Of a stretch of DNA of 63,987 nucleotides, positions 13,701 through 28,700 are shown in pieces; position 1 is the stretch's first letter; each line of letters begins with the position of its first letter. Below the pieces are notes generated by a model, which worked only from the letters and a program-made list of their open reading frames with translations, searched no databases and was not told the DNA's origin. This DNA is from Ruditapes philippinarum (Eukaryota): contig NW_026859416.1 in the NCBI RefSeq assembly GCF_026571515.1, positions 372,001 to 435,987 of the forward strand, written 5' to 3'. The translations under genes and the position numbers were made by a program.

Positions 13701-16700
13701 AAGAAGCCACCTGAAACAATTACTCGCAGCGGGAATTATAAGAAAATCAAGGGTACCATGGTGTTCTAATGTAGAATTAGTCGGAAAGAAAAACGGGAAA
13801 TTAAGAATCTGTGTAGATTACAGAATGTTAAACAACAAGAGTGTTAAGGATTCATACGCAATACCTCGGATTGAAGAAGTTTTTGATGTTTTAAAAGGAA
13901 GCAAATATTTCAGTACAATTGATCAAAAGGCAGGATATCACCAAGAAGAAATAGAAGAAACACACAAGGAGAGGACAGCCTTTACTGTAGGATCACTTAG
14001 ATTTTTCAAATATGTTAAAATGCCGTTCGGACTTTCGAATTCGCCAGCCACTTAACAAAGATTGATTGAAGAATGTCTCGGAGACTTAAATATGAAAGTG
14101 TGTATTATATATCTGGATGATTTGATTATTTTCAGCAAAACTTTCGAAGAAAATCTACAAAATCTAGAACTGGTACTAGATAAACTTCAAGAATGTAATC
14201 TCAAATTATCTCCGGAAAAGTGCTTCTTTATTCAACAGAAAGTAAACTTCTTGGGACATGTCGTAAGTGAACAAGGCAATGAGGCTGATCCAACCAAGAT
14301 AGAGAAAATAAAAAAAACTGGCCTACTCCAAAGAATGCTGATGAACTTCGATCTTTTCTAGCATTTGCCTCGTACTACCGTCGTTTCATTAAAGGATTCT
14401 CACAAATTACACGACCACTATCTTAACTTCTTCCGCCAACCTCACCAAAGAATTCCAAAAAGACTACAAAAGAATGGATATGGACAGATAAAGAACAAGA
14501 ATTTTTTTATCAATTTAAAATAACTTTATCGTCTCCACCAATACTTGCATACCCCGATTTTGAGTTACCGTTTGAGCTGCACACAGATGCATCGACGAAA
14601 GCACTTGAAAGTGTACTTTATCAAATTCAAGATAATGTCAAGAGAGTTATCGCCTACGCTAGTCGCTCACTTACAAAATCAGAGAGAAATTACTCTGCAT
14701 TCATGCTTGAATTCCTAGCTCTTAAATGGGCTGTTACAGAAAAGTTTGCTGACTACTTAGCATTGAAAAACTTCACAGGGGTGACAAATAACAATCCTAT
14801 TACACATGTATTGTCATCGGCTTAGCTGGATGCTACAGGTCAACGATGGGCTTCAGCTTTAGGAGAGTTTGATTTCGACATAGTGTATAGACCAGAAGTT
14901 AATAATGCAGACGCTTGGAATGTAACGATATCCATATTAACAGATTGTTCAAGATAATTGAAAGGAAATTATAAAACTTGAAAATAACGTGATAAAACAA
15001 TATGCAGTAGAATAATTCCATCGCCATACTTTGAAACTCTACCAACTAATATAGATATAATTGATGCAACTGAAAATCCAGCCAACCCATGGCACAGATA
15101 GAATTTCGAGAAATCAGATGAAATCAAAGATCCAATGATAGAGAAATGGCGTCGTGCTGTTATTTATAAAAAGCTACCGTATTATGAGAAGGAATTATGA
15201 CAAATTACACTGAAAAAGATGCATTTTATACAAACATGTGGAGAAACACAACATCAATCAATTAATTATACCAAAGTGTTATAGACATAATATACTAGTA
15301 TTATCAGGACTTCATGATAACAAAGGTCATCCGGGTAGAGAAAGAACTCTCGCTTCACTTCGTGAAAGGTTTTATTGGCAAAGAATGTCGATGATGTTGA
15401 TGTCGACATTTGGGTTTCGAAGTGAAACAGATGTCTCCGAATGAAAACAAACACTAACACACGTGCACCATTAATCAATATTGAAACAACACATCCACTT
15501 GAGATGGTCTCCATTTTACAACAATTTTATAGTTCATTATGGAATTCCGACATCTATTCATTCTGATCAAGGAGCAAATTTCCAATCTGAAATCATGAAA
15601 GAACTCTGTAACATCACCAATATGAAAAAGTCAAGAACTTCAGTCTATCACCCAATGGGAAATGGAGTCTGTGAACGATTTAACCGAACGTTACTAGACA
15701 TGTTAGGCACCTTAGAAACATCTCAGAAAACTGATTGGAAGAAACATATACCATCTTTAGTCTATGCCTACAACAGCACACCACATGAAACTACTAAGAT
15801 CTCACCATATGAACTAATGTTTGGCAGAAAAGCAAAATTACCCATTGATTCAGTGTTTGCTCAAGCTACAGAAGAAACAACATCAAAAACACCAACAGAA
15901 TATATAGATGACCTCAAGAATTATATTAGTACAACAAGGCAGATAGTAGAAGAACATACAAAAAGAGCAAAGGAGAAACAAAAGAAATACTTTGATAGAA
16001 AAGCCAAAGCAGGAACAATTTCAGTGGGAGACAAGGTGTTAGTGAAAATATTGAAATATGATGGTAAACATAAGATCGCAGATAAATTTGAAGAAGAGCT
16101 TTTTGATGTCATAGATCAGCCAAGACCAGATATACCAGTGTTCAAGGTTAAGTCAGAACATACTGGTATTATAAAGACATTACACAGGAATCATTTGTAT
16201 CCAGTACAAGAAAACAACATCAGTGGTTCAGAAGAGTTGAAAATGGGAATTGAAAGTGTAAAAGATGTTAATAATAAGGAATACAGACCGGTACCGAAGA
16301 AGAGGATGTCTTCCAACAAAGACACAAAAATAGGAAGTGAAGGACCAAATAAAGGAGAGAGCGAAACAAAAGATAAAAGTAAAGGTGACGTCACAAGAGA
16401 TGAATCAGAGGATTCAGAAGACACAGATTCAGAGGTTGGGAGCAGTTATGTATTTTTTACATGCGGCAATGGGGACGCCCATAATAATCCCAAGAAGAAC
16501 AGTGATGACAATAGTACTATAGAACTGGAACAAAAGAACAACTTAAATGAAGATAGTGACTCTCAAGAAGAAGACCATAGTGATGAGGAGATAGAAGTAG
16601 ATATTGAGGAAGGTATGGCGAGTGTTGAAGCAGACACTTTACCAGAGGAGGAACCAGATGAAGAACCACCAGAAACATTACATCTTGAAATAGAGGAAAC

Positions 16701-19700
16701 AACAGAGGAATTTAAGGATACAAATGACCACAATATTGAACATACAGATATAGACATTGCCGAACCAAGTCATATAGTGGATTCTTATGACAGTGAAAAT
16801 ACTGAAATAAAGGAGATAGAGGTGAAGAATAAACAAAATATACAGAATGAGGAACTAAATACACAAGATGATGAACATAGTACAACGAATACACCCTTCT
16901 TAATATTACCTCATACATAGGTTTCTCAGAACGAGGCTAACAGGGCAAGCTCCAGTATCTGCTCTATGTAAACATATCACGAATATATGGCCGAAAGATT
17001 AAGAGATCTTAATATAGTACTGATAGTACTACATACTTGCTGTATGTTTAACATTACAAAAATCTCTTCTGGAGATAAATAAATCAACAACAAGGTTTAT
17101 TTTACGCTATATACAGTGAAGGATGTACATGTATATTCGAGACCTGTGAAGTGAATTAATGTTTATGATAATTCCAAGTAATTTCTAATATTCCGTGTCA
17201 AGTATAAATATCAGGTTAACTCTTTGCAACTTATACAGTAATTATCTGTGTTATCAGTACTTTATTGCTTACCTAAACACATGTTGGTCAAGAATGTATA
17301 AAGTAATTAACTGATAATAGATCTAAACAGTTGGATGCTGAATTCTGTACCATACTTCCCCTAAATTTAGCCATTGAAATAAAAAAACAAAGCATAAGTT
17401 TTATTCACTTTGTATTTAAAAATAAAAAAATCTGGATGACTGTCTAGTAACTGGTTAACTTTACAGACAGCTTACCAAATCAAAATAACAATTTTGTTAA
17501 GACATGACACCACAACCCTGTCTTAAACTTTTCAATAGATTTTCAATATCTTAACACATGATGTTGTTTACAGCAATGGAAAAATAAATTTCATGCTAAG
17601 TAACGGATGTAAAACTTATATATTATCAACTGTTTTAATTAATTACAGTATTAAATACTTAGTATATAGCAAATTACAATCATTTAATTACAAATATCGG
17701 TCAAAATCTTAAAACGAAACTGAGGTATCATTAGCTTGTTGCACTTGTCCAGTTGGTCCGACTTGATAATGTAGTCATATTGTTGAATCCTGTACTAGCT
17801 GATATACAACAAATCATTTGGGTACACGGCACTTCCAGAAGATGTTGCCTGGACTAGCCAACCCCAGACATTCCATTTTCCATGGACTGAACATTTGCAG
17901 AAAACATGTGCAGGACCTTGCAGTCGGAGGGTATTAGGAAAGACAGCATCTAGATTCAGCACTTCTTTAACATTCCAAGAAATATTCACTCAACAGTATA
18001 TAATGCATAAGAGGACAAAATATTAAATGTTATTACCATGTTGACATAATAACCTGCAGCTGTACCATATATGTAACAAAGCATATGTTAACAAAGTAAT
18101 GTTAAAAACAAAGTAATGCGATGATTTCCTTTTAATTATTTTATTTGAATTAAGACAAAAAATACTAAACAAATGGTCCTTTAAAATATGTTAAAAAACA
18201 TTTTGTCAGCTTGCAACATCTATCTATTTCTATCAGTCAAGCTGTTTGTTTTGCCTGCTTCATAATAAAAGCTCTTAATGTTTTTTGCTGATGTTTTTAA
18301 CATTGAAAACTGTAATGAATATACATATGTTGAAGATCCTTTATAAACAAGATATGCAACTGTTATCATTTAAAATGTGTTTGTATCAAAAGTTCAATAT
18401 CACTGTTTATTTTCTTCCTCAGTTTTCTGTAATTCTTCTTTTAACTGTTTGATAGTTTGATAGTTTCTCTTTCATCTGTTCTGCAACTGCCATGAAGAGG
18501 TATTACAATTAAAGGCGATTCAAATACCTTTTATGTTTTTTTACTGTAGCTAAACTTTATTTATGTGTAAAAATGAAAATAAAGTCTTGAGATCTACCTT
18601 TCATCTGGCAAAATCTTCTTTAGTGTTCATCTTACTGGTCTGTTCATTACTACTTCAGTTGAACCAAGAGGGTTTTTTCTACTTTTCTACTTTTCCTCTT
18701 TTCTTCTACTTATTAAAGTAAGAATCTGTGTGTATCTTATAATTATGAAATCTAAACTTTATATATTTATAAACAGACAATTATTGCGTCTAATCTATTA
18801 AGTCCCTATTCATAAATTTCTCAGATAGAAACTTCTACTCAACGTCCCTTCTTGTTTGTAGGTCGCTAATTTGACTAAGTGACGATAGTAAGGAATCTTC
18901 TTCATATTTTGTAATCAACTAGTATTTACAATTACTTTTCTATCTAAACATCAATATTTCAAACATTTTCAAAACCTGTCATATTTAAAGTAATTAATCT
19001 TATGTCAGGAAAAGGCATTTTATGCTTTCAGATCTGATCCTTTTTCAGCATTGTATTGTGTATGTAAATCTTGTATGTGTAAAATGTTCGAAATAAAATA
19101 TGTTTAAACTAACCAAGAGGGTACATCTATTCTCTTCAGACATATATGAATTTGTGTCCATGATTGTTCATCTTTTTTGTGTGAATTGCTTCAAAACGAG
19201 CAAAATTGTCTTGTCATATATTGATCTGAAATGGTATACAAAATAAACTGTAATAATTGCTTTTCAGTATAAAAACGGTATTGATTTAGATTATTCATAA
19301 CTGTGATATTTAAATGAAATTTATAAACAGGACATTGTATTATATGTTAATAATTAAATGAAACATTTAAAACAATGAAACATCAGATTAATTAATGTAA
19401 GTAGTAATACATCTAAAGTAGCTTAGTTTAAAAAAGAAAAGAACAATGGAATTTTACCTCAAAATGTTCTCATTCATCCCATCTTATTTTCACAATCCCT
19501 TTCTTTATTTAACTCACATCATTACGTATTTTATGAAAATTAACCGTATAATCATATTTAGAATTGGTATAACAGAGTGGAACACAACAATAAAAATGAT
19601 ATTTTCCCCGGTAAGTTTAACAAACTTGGGAACACACTTTGGCTTATCAGGTCAGACATTATTTGTTTACATTCATGCCCTGTTAGCCTCTCTCTGGTGA

Positions 19701-22700
19701 TGGAATGTAAAGTATGCAAATAATTTGAGAAAGGCCTATGATCAACAGAATACACATATTGAAACTGAAGAAAGACAAGGAACTGAAAGGAACTGAGAGG
19801 ACACCCTTCTGCCTAAACCTACTCCTAGAAAGTCTAAAAGAGAGAGAAGACAACCAAAATTGTTTGACTCCTATCAAATGAACCGGATGGTGGCATTGAG
19901 ACCGTATGACTAAGCTTCATGATTTAAACGTACTTGTGACATCACTCAATGATTCTGAACATAAAGCTGTAGAGGCGATCATTAAAACGATTTTGAAATG
20001 TTATGTCGAAATACGAATTGTGCATTGAAATGAAATGTACAAATAAAAATCAAATGTCGTTATTTAAGGCATACATGTGTCTATGTTTTATGATTTCTGA
20101 AAATACATAGAATTGCAAGGTTGCAATTTTGAGAGAGGGGAGAAAATAATGTATTTTTAACCAGTTTTAAATTAAATCACAAAATTAATTGTTAAATAAG
20201 TAAAATTTGATGATTAATTTAATAGTTTAAAGTTTTAAGTCATTTAATAATACTAAATAAATTAAATGATGTGTACAATTCAGGTCTAAAATCAAAATAA
20301 AAGAATGATTTAATGTTATATGGAGTAAGCTATTACTTGTGGATAAGAGCCACCAGTAAAAGTTGTGTGTCAGTTGTATGGTGCAACATAAGGCTTGAAA
20401 TAGGGTAGAAAGGAGTAGAGATAAACTATGTATTGTTATGTAGTTGATTTTTGTACGAGACACAGTTATTGACTTATGACTAAGACGGACCTGATTGAAT
20501 GACGAGACGTCATTTTCCAAGGAGGGGAAGTGTGTAACAGGGTCATCTTTTCGTGCTTTAAATACAGTTGGGTTGATTCCAGTTACTTCCCTTGGATTAT
20601 TATTTTTAATTGTATTTTTAACCAATCAGATGATCGCTTTGTATTTCCCTCCAAATGTGTTTAGTTTGATGATTTTTGCGGGAGTTGAGAAGTATTTTCA
20701 ATAGAGAATAATTGTGCATATGATTTGTTTTATGTGTTCTAAGGATTTGGAATAAGTATTATGGTATATTTTAAAGTTTATTGTTGGGCAATAACTTCTG
20801 TATTTCTGTAAACAGCGTATATTTATTTGAGAATTAAATTCATTATTTTCATGTATTTAGAAATGAGTAAAGAATTGAGATGGTTCAGAAATAGCATTCC
20901 TTTTTAACTTCACCATGCACATTGTTTTTATTATAATAATATGCATTCTTTATTTGATAATTTGCAGCACCCAGTCACTGTGTGAATGAAGTGTTGATTG
21001 GAGTAAAGTAATGAGATGGTTTGATTCATGTGTTTTGCTTTTGTTGAGAGCATACAATTTCAAAAATTTGTTAGTCATCATTATATATTATAATTGCGTA
21101 TTATGTGTAAGTTATTGCTGTAACTTTTAAACTGACCATTTATTGTATGTATGTAATGTAACTGTAATATATTTTAATGTAACTTAATATTATTGTTAAG
21201 GGTTAAGATAAGCCACTAGAACCACTTAATAATAAGTATCATATGTAAACTTTTGATCATTATGATTTTATGTGTTTTTAACATTATATATTGTGAATTA
21301 GAGGGAGAAAACCCTGCAAAGATGAGACATTAAGTGAATAGACATTTAGTGACATTTTGTATGATTTCAGTGTGCTGAACTTGTTAACTAGTTACTCTAG
21401 TTGACTGTGATTACTGTAATGTGAAACAGAGTGCAGGAACAGTTTGAGACATTTTTAAGAGTGATACACTGCTTATTTATATTTATTTGTTTATCATCAT
21501 AATAACACAGTGAACTAATAATAAATCTATATGTGAACCCAAGCCTATTTGGATTTGTAATCTTTTATTTAGATGCAAAATAATCAAAGGTAATCTATGT
21601 AATTACCATAAAATCAAACCACAATATAAAATGTAATTATAACTACATGTATACAGTCGACACATGTTATAACGTTATTTCCTATACTTTCATACCCAGT
21701 GTTACATTCTATAGTTGCACTGCTGCCAAATTCAGTTCCACCGTTATCAACTTTTTCCCCATTGTCTGGTGTTGGATCACTACAATCTATCAAAGTGTTA
21801 TGGATTGGATAACAAATATGATTAGTATATTAATATAATCATGAATATTAACATGTACATAAATGCTTCTTGAAAGTGATTATGATTTTATCTTTAATAA
21901 TACTCATAATATACCTTGTTTTTGGCAGGAGACTCTACTAGTCCATCCTTCTAACGTGCAGACAACCATGGATGCTCCTTCTAATGTATAACCTTCGTTA
22001 CATGTCACATAAGCCGAAGATCCAACTGTTGTACCTGATGCATTTATTTTGCCATTTGGTGCTGACAATAAACCACAATCTGAAGACAGAAAAAAAATGT
22101 TAATTAATAAAAAACATTGACGCCGCAAATAAAAATGTCCAGCTATATTCACAAATGCAACAACATAATCGTAATTTGTTTAATATGTTCATTATAAATA
22201 ACAGTTATTTGTTACATTTTTCTTAATACTTATATCAATAAGCGACATACAAAAATACGTTTTCCTATTTTTTGTAGTATACGTAGAAAACAAAATCAAA
22301 ATTGAAATTATGTTGAACAATCTTTAAGGAGTATAACCATAATTTTTGTTGATCTCTTACGGCCTACACAAGCCGCAACTAGCGATAAGTTTTGTGAAAA
22401 GAAGAACAAAAAATGAGCTCTAAAGAATGCCGACATCGTCAAAATTTGAATTATTGAATTGTTTGTGCATAAACTGTAGTGTAAAGTAACCTCTTTATGT
22501 ATTAAGCAGGATTTAACTAGCTTCTAAAACGATCTGAAATATTTGTCAAATCCAAAAAATGTTGCTATATATCTCTTTTTTACCAGGCTTTCGGCATTAA
22601 AAAATCGAATTCATATTATTATACACCATTGATATCTGAGGGTGCAAAAAGCGACAATGTCCGAAATACGGCGTTTAGACATCGCCGATAATCTTTGTTA

Positions 22701-25700
22701 TCGCCCTTTCTAAGAAACGGACAGTTGTCAATGTAAACAAATGAAAATGAAAACAAGACAACTCGAAATAGATATAAGAAAATGTTGTTTCATTGTTGTT
22801 TTTATCGATAAATACTCTACATTTTGGTGATAATTACATTTAGACATAATGCCAGTTTTTATGTTCAACGGCGGTTTATGCGACTGATGATTAGAATATG
22901 CGAACGATCTGACCTTTTCCTATCGTCAATCTATAATCATTTTTAGAATTTCTGAGGGTCATGTATTGTCTTGAGTTTATAAATCTTCAATGTGAAGCTT
23001 TGCTGATTGTGATCAATAAAATTTTGTCATTTAAACTTTAAAACAATTTTGGCAAGTAACCACAGTTCATTTAACGTCAGCACCCATCTAGAAAGTCACT
23101 GAGTGTTGATAACGTCATTCTGTACGTGGGCTAATTCACTCACCCATTATGAAAAATAATGCCTAGTAGCAAAGTGGCTTAAATTGCAAAATGACCTAGA
23201 TGTTGCAAATACCCTAGATTGTGTTTCTATATATAGTTACAGGTATTTATGTACGATAGTTTAAAACGGGCATCATTGCCATAACAAATGGATACCATTT
23301 GGTGTTCAACTGTTCTAAAGCAGAAGTATTTCTTAAGTTAACAATTAACTACTCTTTTAGCGATTGTTTTGCAATTAAAGTTATCTTTCTTGTTTATAAT
23401 GGATATCTCTTTTTCAAAGTAAACTGAACAAAAGACATAAGCCTTCTAGTACATCGCTTTAAATAGTTCATAATTTTAAAGCTGAAAAAGAACATTCTTG
23501 TTTTACTCTTACACAACTAATCTATCACCATTGGAATCAGTCACGAAAAATAGAGGATACTGAATGAGTGTAGTTTGATACTAAAGTTATTGAACGAGTC
23601 GGATAAAATCATATTATGTGAGCCTCTGGCGAACAAAATATTGTTTTATTCAACGAGTTTGATAAATTTAGTATTGAATCTACACGGATATAATATTGTT
23701 TTTATCACATATATAAAATAAGAACGGTAAACTGTTAAAAAGAGTAATTTTTCATTGACGCGCCTATAGTGTAACGCTAACATTAGCGCTCTTTAACGCT
23801 ATGTTTATATATAGAACAAATGACGTCACGTCAAAGTGTTCTTACACTAGTGTAATATCGATTTTATTAAATGGCTTTATTACACTCCTGCGCCGCAGTT
23901 TATGTGATTAAATGTATAATAATAATGATTTTTATAAACATGGTCATTTTGTTCTTACCAGAAGCGTTACAAACTGGGTTATCACTCCAAGTCTCGTCAG
24001 CTTGACATATGATTGTTGAATTTCCTGCGATGTTTAATCCATGATCGCATGTTATTAATACTACTGAGTCGTATATTGTGTCGGTGGAATTTCTGTTACC
24101 GTTATTAGGTGTTGGGTCACCACAATCTGAAAATCAATGATAACAAAGTAATTTATTGAGACAAGGCGGGCTTTTTTTATATTGAAAAGGAGATAAAACG
24201 TCTTTAACACAATTTGACATAATTTTAAAAACAGGTTGATATTAATGTAGATAGTAAAAAAAGGCATTTACCTATAATATTACACGGGGGCCATGCCTCC
24301 CATGTGCCTCCCATGTGCCATTTGCTAAACAAGTCACAGGCGTGCTACCATCTGGTCTGTAGCCTATATTACAGCTGATGACAGCTATCTCCTCGTAAGT
24401 TGTTTTGTTCTCTGAGAGTGTGACTTTTGCATTAACGATGGAGGGCATTCCACAGTATTTAAATGAGAAAAAATGGTTTGTATAACTATTCATCCGAAAT
24501 AAAATTTAATACAGCGCTGCTGAAAGGTTTAATATTTAGAATACTTTTACTAAACCGGGACACGACAGCTTTAAAATATGTTCAAGTCCCATGTGTTAGC
24601 CCGTTTATACAAGAAAGTTGAACATGCAAGATAACGTCTAAACTTTCTAAATTCGGCGAGCAATATAGTCTAAATAACAACATATTTACGTGATAAAAGA
24701 GAATCTAGGGTTGTCTTGAAGCATAAATGCAAAATACCTATTAACGTGCAAGACGGTACATCGGTCCAGTTGTTATTAAGCTGGCAAGTTATTACTGCAT
24801 CTCCAAGAAGCAAATACCCATCATTACAAGAAACTTTAACAACAGTTCCATAGCTTGTTTCAGACGAATTGATGTTCCCGTTTACTGGTGTTGGATCTCC
24901 ACAATCTGATGAGAAGACATATTTCAAATGTAAGTAATGTATGTGTTATTTTATTTGACAAATATCATGACAATACTTTTTAAAGAAATTTGAATTGAAA
25001 TGTTACATGAGTACTTTACGATTAAGAAAAAGTAAACATAAAGCCATCACTGAGATAGCACAATAAAATCAATAGCGATGTGGTTTTTGCTTAACATTAA
25101 TAATCTTACAAAATTGAGGTGGAAAGAACGTACCAGTACAAACGACCGAAACATCATTGGAATGATCGCAATTATCATAGGTAACGTATGTACAGTTATT
25201 CAAATGTGAAGCGGTTGGAAGACAATTGAGATCATCAATAAAGATCGGACCTTTCCCTTCTCCAAAATAAGCTCCAGAATAAACTTCAAATGCAGGTCTA
25301 TATAATACAAATTGATGATCATTACAATTAAAGTCTGCTACTTTAAGACCAAATGACATATTTATGCTTGTTGTTTTATTTTCATAATCTATAAGACATT
25401 CACCTCATTATGAACATTAAACTAGTTTCTTCACAATGTCTTAATATGTTTGACTAAGTAACCACTTTTTGAAAATCTACAGATTACGATTTAGCAATAA
25501 ACATTTGGATCTACACAGTCCAAAAATAAACAGGAGAACTTGTTTTGCTTAGATTTGTTATGCTTATATGTATATTTTTATTGCATTATATAATTGTGTG
25601 TTGAAAACACTTACGCATAACCAATCATCCGACAAACTGCATCAGCTTCTTCTTTTCCGAAATAATTATCACAAACGGTTCCCCATGTGTCCATTACCTT

Positions 25701-28700
25701 AAGTTCAACTCGACCATTACTTGCCTTAGTCCCACCAGTTAATCGAATAGCCATTATATCCAAAGGAAATTCTTAAAAAGATGTAGGGACAGTTATTTAG
25801 TGAATAAGAACATCTCATTTTTTATACTACGTTGTCCTCGGTATGGTCTCATGATATCACAATTTCCTGCACAGCTCACAATTATAATCAATGATAACAA
25901 CGAAAATGAAATTGAAATTTTGTGACAATGATTTGTACAGTTGATTCTTATCTTGTCCATATGTCTTACTTCATTTTTATTTATTTATTTATTTATTTGG
26001 TTTGGTTTTAAGTCACAAATACATTTTTGCAAATTCCCGGCTTTTGTGGTGCAAGAAGACCCTCTATCGACCTTCATGGCTTCCTCATATTTAGAAATCA
26101 TCCAAAGTCCATTGCGGGATAAGAATCTGAATAGTGAGATGGAAGTTGTTCCAAGTCCCGTAACCCCTTAGTCTAGTTTATGTATTTACATTGATTAGCT
26201 GTAAATGTAAACTATGCACCACATCATAATATATATTGCACACTATTGTATCACTTACTGTATTCCTTACATTCACCTTCTGTCACCCAGGATTTTGTTA
26301 CGTTATCACATGTCATTTTAAGCGTTCCAATGTATGTTTTGAAGTAAGAACAATCAGCGTAAAATTTTGTTCCATTGTAGCTAAAGAAACCAGCATCCCA
26401 ATAATTTATGTCCGGTTGCCCACACTCTGTAGGAATGAGATAATCAAATTGAGATATAAATTTTAGAGATGTCATAGAAAGTATTTTTGTAATGATTCCA
26501 TTGGAGTGTTAACAGTATAGATTGTATCAAAAAAGAATTTCTGACTAAGTGTAATGGATAGTAATTCGAATTATAGTGCAATTGATATAGAAATAAAATT
26601 TTGAAACAGTGCTATTAATGGACAATAGAATTGTTTTATTTCCGATTCTAAGATCGTTTCGTACGACACGACTGTTGTGTTTGTGGTACTTTTTGTTTTT
26701 ACTTTTTGGCATTTTTCTTATTGGGTCCTACATGAATAATGTTGAACCACCCTTAGGATATGTTGCCTGCTTTTTAAATTTGTCTTTTGACGTCATGTCT
26801 GTGAAATGTAGGACATGTTGCTTCTTCTGATATCAACCCATATTTTGGTACGACAATTATACTTCACTTTTTTTTTCTTCCAGTTAATTTATGTTTTATT
26901 TTGAAACTAAGGTGAAGATGGTTTAAAAATGATAATATATGGGACTTGTGTTGTTAAAGTCTCATGGAAAGTTTCGTACTCTTTAAACTTCCTTTTAACT
27001 TGATTTATATCAGTAAAATCTTGATACATTTCTCTTAAGTAGTCATTGACAAATATTTATTAGCATACACATTTCTTTAAAAAGGCAAAAATTGCCACTC
27101 ATGATCTGCTTAATATTTATTTTATTTATTTAACTGTATTTGTACTAGAAGAGATTATGTCATTTTAAATTTGATATGTGGAACATTTTATCTAAATCAA
27201 CCACTTGTTGATGAATACCTACTTTTGCCTGAGCACAATGATACTTAAAGCTTATATAAAAATGTCAAAATACTGTTATAAAGGGACATATAACAAATAG
27301 TTTGATATTTCATCTAAAGGACTATAAAACCTTTAAAAATACAATATTTAATGAGATGCCACAATAAATGTGAAATACAAAACTTTGGTCGAAAACTAAC
27401 AGAATGTTTGTTAAAGATTAAGAAAATATATTATGCACAACATTATATTGCAGTTTGATGTATCTGTTTAATACTTTATCTTAATGGTAACAGAAACATT
27501 AAATAGAAATGCTCAAAATGGGTAATATCCATAATGTCAATTGCTTCAGCAATTTAACAACGCTATACAAAACTTTAATAAACATTGGACACGAATATTT
27601 AACTTAGCCACGATTAGTTCCAGTGACAATATATGAAATTACCATGAATTAAGCTTGTATAGGAAGGTTCTATTTTATCAAAAGGTTGTTAATTCAGACC
27701 CATTAGAATAGAGAAATGTAATCTATAGAGAACGCCCGAACGGCTTAATTTAAGATGTTTAAAGCTCTGTTGCTTGAGCCTGTTTATGAACGGTACTGGT
27801 ATTGTCAAGCTAATGTCCACGTCCACTAGCATCTGCTTAAGCAGAATTCATCATTTAAACATGAAAATGATTATATTTGAATTTAGAAGCATCTCCAGAT
27901 GTGGATCCTTTATTGTGACACGTTCGTTTTCTATGAAAAACGGCATATATTTCCAAAGTAAAAGAATGCGTGTACCCTAAACGAGAAAACACTGGGCGGG
28001 TCTAACAATATTGAATTTTAAAGGAAATCAGGAAAGTCTTCGAATCAAAGACAAGACGTCAAGAGATAAATTTTTAAAATAAACATATCCAATGGGTGAT
28101 TATACATAATTCAGGTAGGAATACTAGAACCACCTAACTAGAAAAATGCAACCTAGAAACTTAAAACATCACAAATATGCAATAACAACATTAATGCCGT
28201 GCTGACTGATCTTCAATAATTATAAAACCCTATTTATTTATGTATTTATCTATTTATTCATTTATGATTTTTTTGACATTCTTAATCTCAAAACGAAAAG
28301 CACATATAGCTTAGCCATCTTTTGCTTCTTCAGAACAATGAAATGATTAAGTAGTTTGAATGAAACTGATAGAAGCATTATTTATCCCCTTCCATGTAGC
28401 GGAAAGGGGATTAAAGGAATGGCCTCGGTCTGTCACTCATCCGTCTGGTTGTCTGTCCTTTTCGTCCGTCCGTCTGACTGTCCGTAACACTCTCGTGTCC
28501 GCTCTATAACTTTTAAACCAATGAAATTGTTTTGAAATAACTTGGCACAAATCATCACCATAATGAGATGATGTGCAGAGCGCAAAAATTGGGTTTCTAT
28601 CCCCAAGGTCAAGGTCAAACTTAAAGGTCAAATGTTAAAGTGTCTTTAATTCATAATAAAAGTCTACATTTCGTGTCCGCTCCATAACTTTTAAACTGCT

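Larger units (their letters stand above)
5618..21595 (+). mobile_element. Full-length decayed Ty3/Gypsy LTR retrotransposon, antisense within a host intron
   Basis: Two ~1.06-kb LTRs, PBS, PPT, gag-PR-RT-RH-IN order, flanked by TACG (5614-5617) / TATG (21596-21599), a 4-bp TSD with one CpG-type change. Confidence 0.95.

Noticed and set aside
16191-16918. Several minus-strand Ser/Leu-rich ORFs
   Set aside because: Antisense shadows of the acidic integrase tail.
19446-20625. Possible env-like ORF between pol and the 3' LTR
   Set aside because: The intervening DNA is mostly a secondary insertion, and the short ORFs lack signal-peptide, fusion or TM organisation.
5618-21595. Steamer-like element
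   Set aside because: The LTRs are ~1 kb with a Lys PBS and a long leader, unlike the short-LTR Steamer elements; clade assignment needs an RT phylogeny.
26635-26810. Similar ORFs at 26609-26830 and 42771-42980 (PLGYVACFLNLSFDV)
   Set aside because: Explained by a dispersed ~180-bp non-coding repeat; the frames are not conserved beyond the shared DNA.
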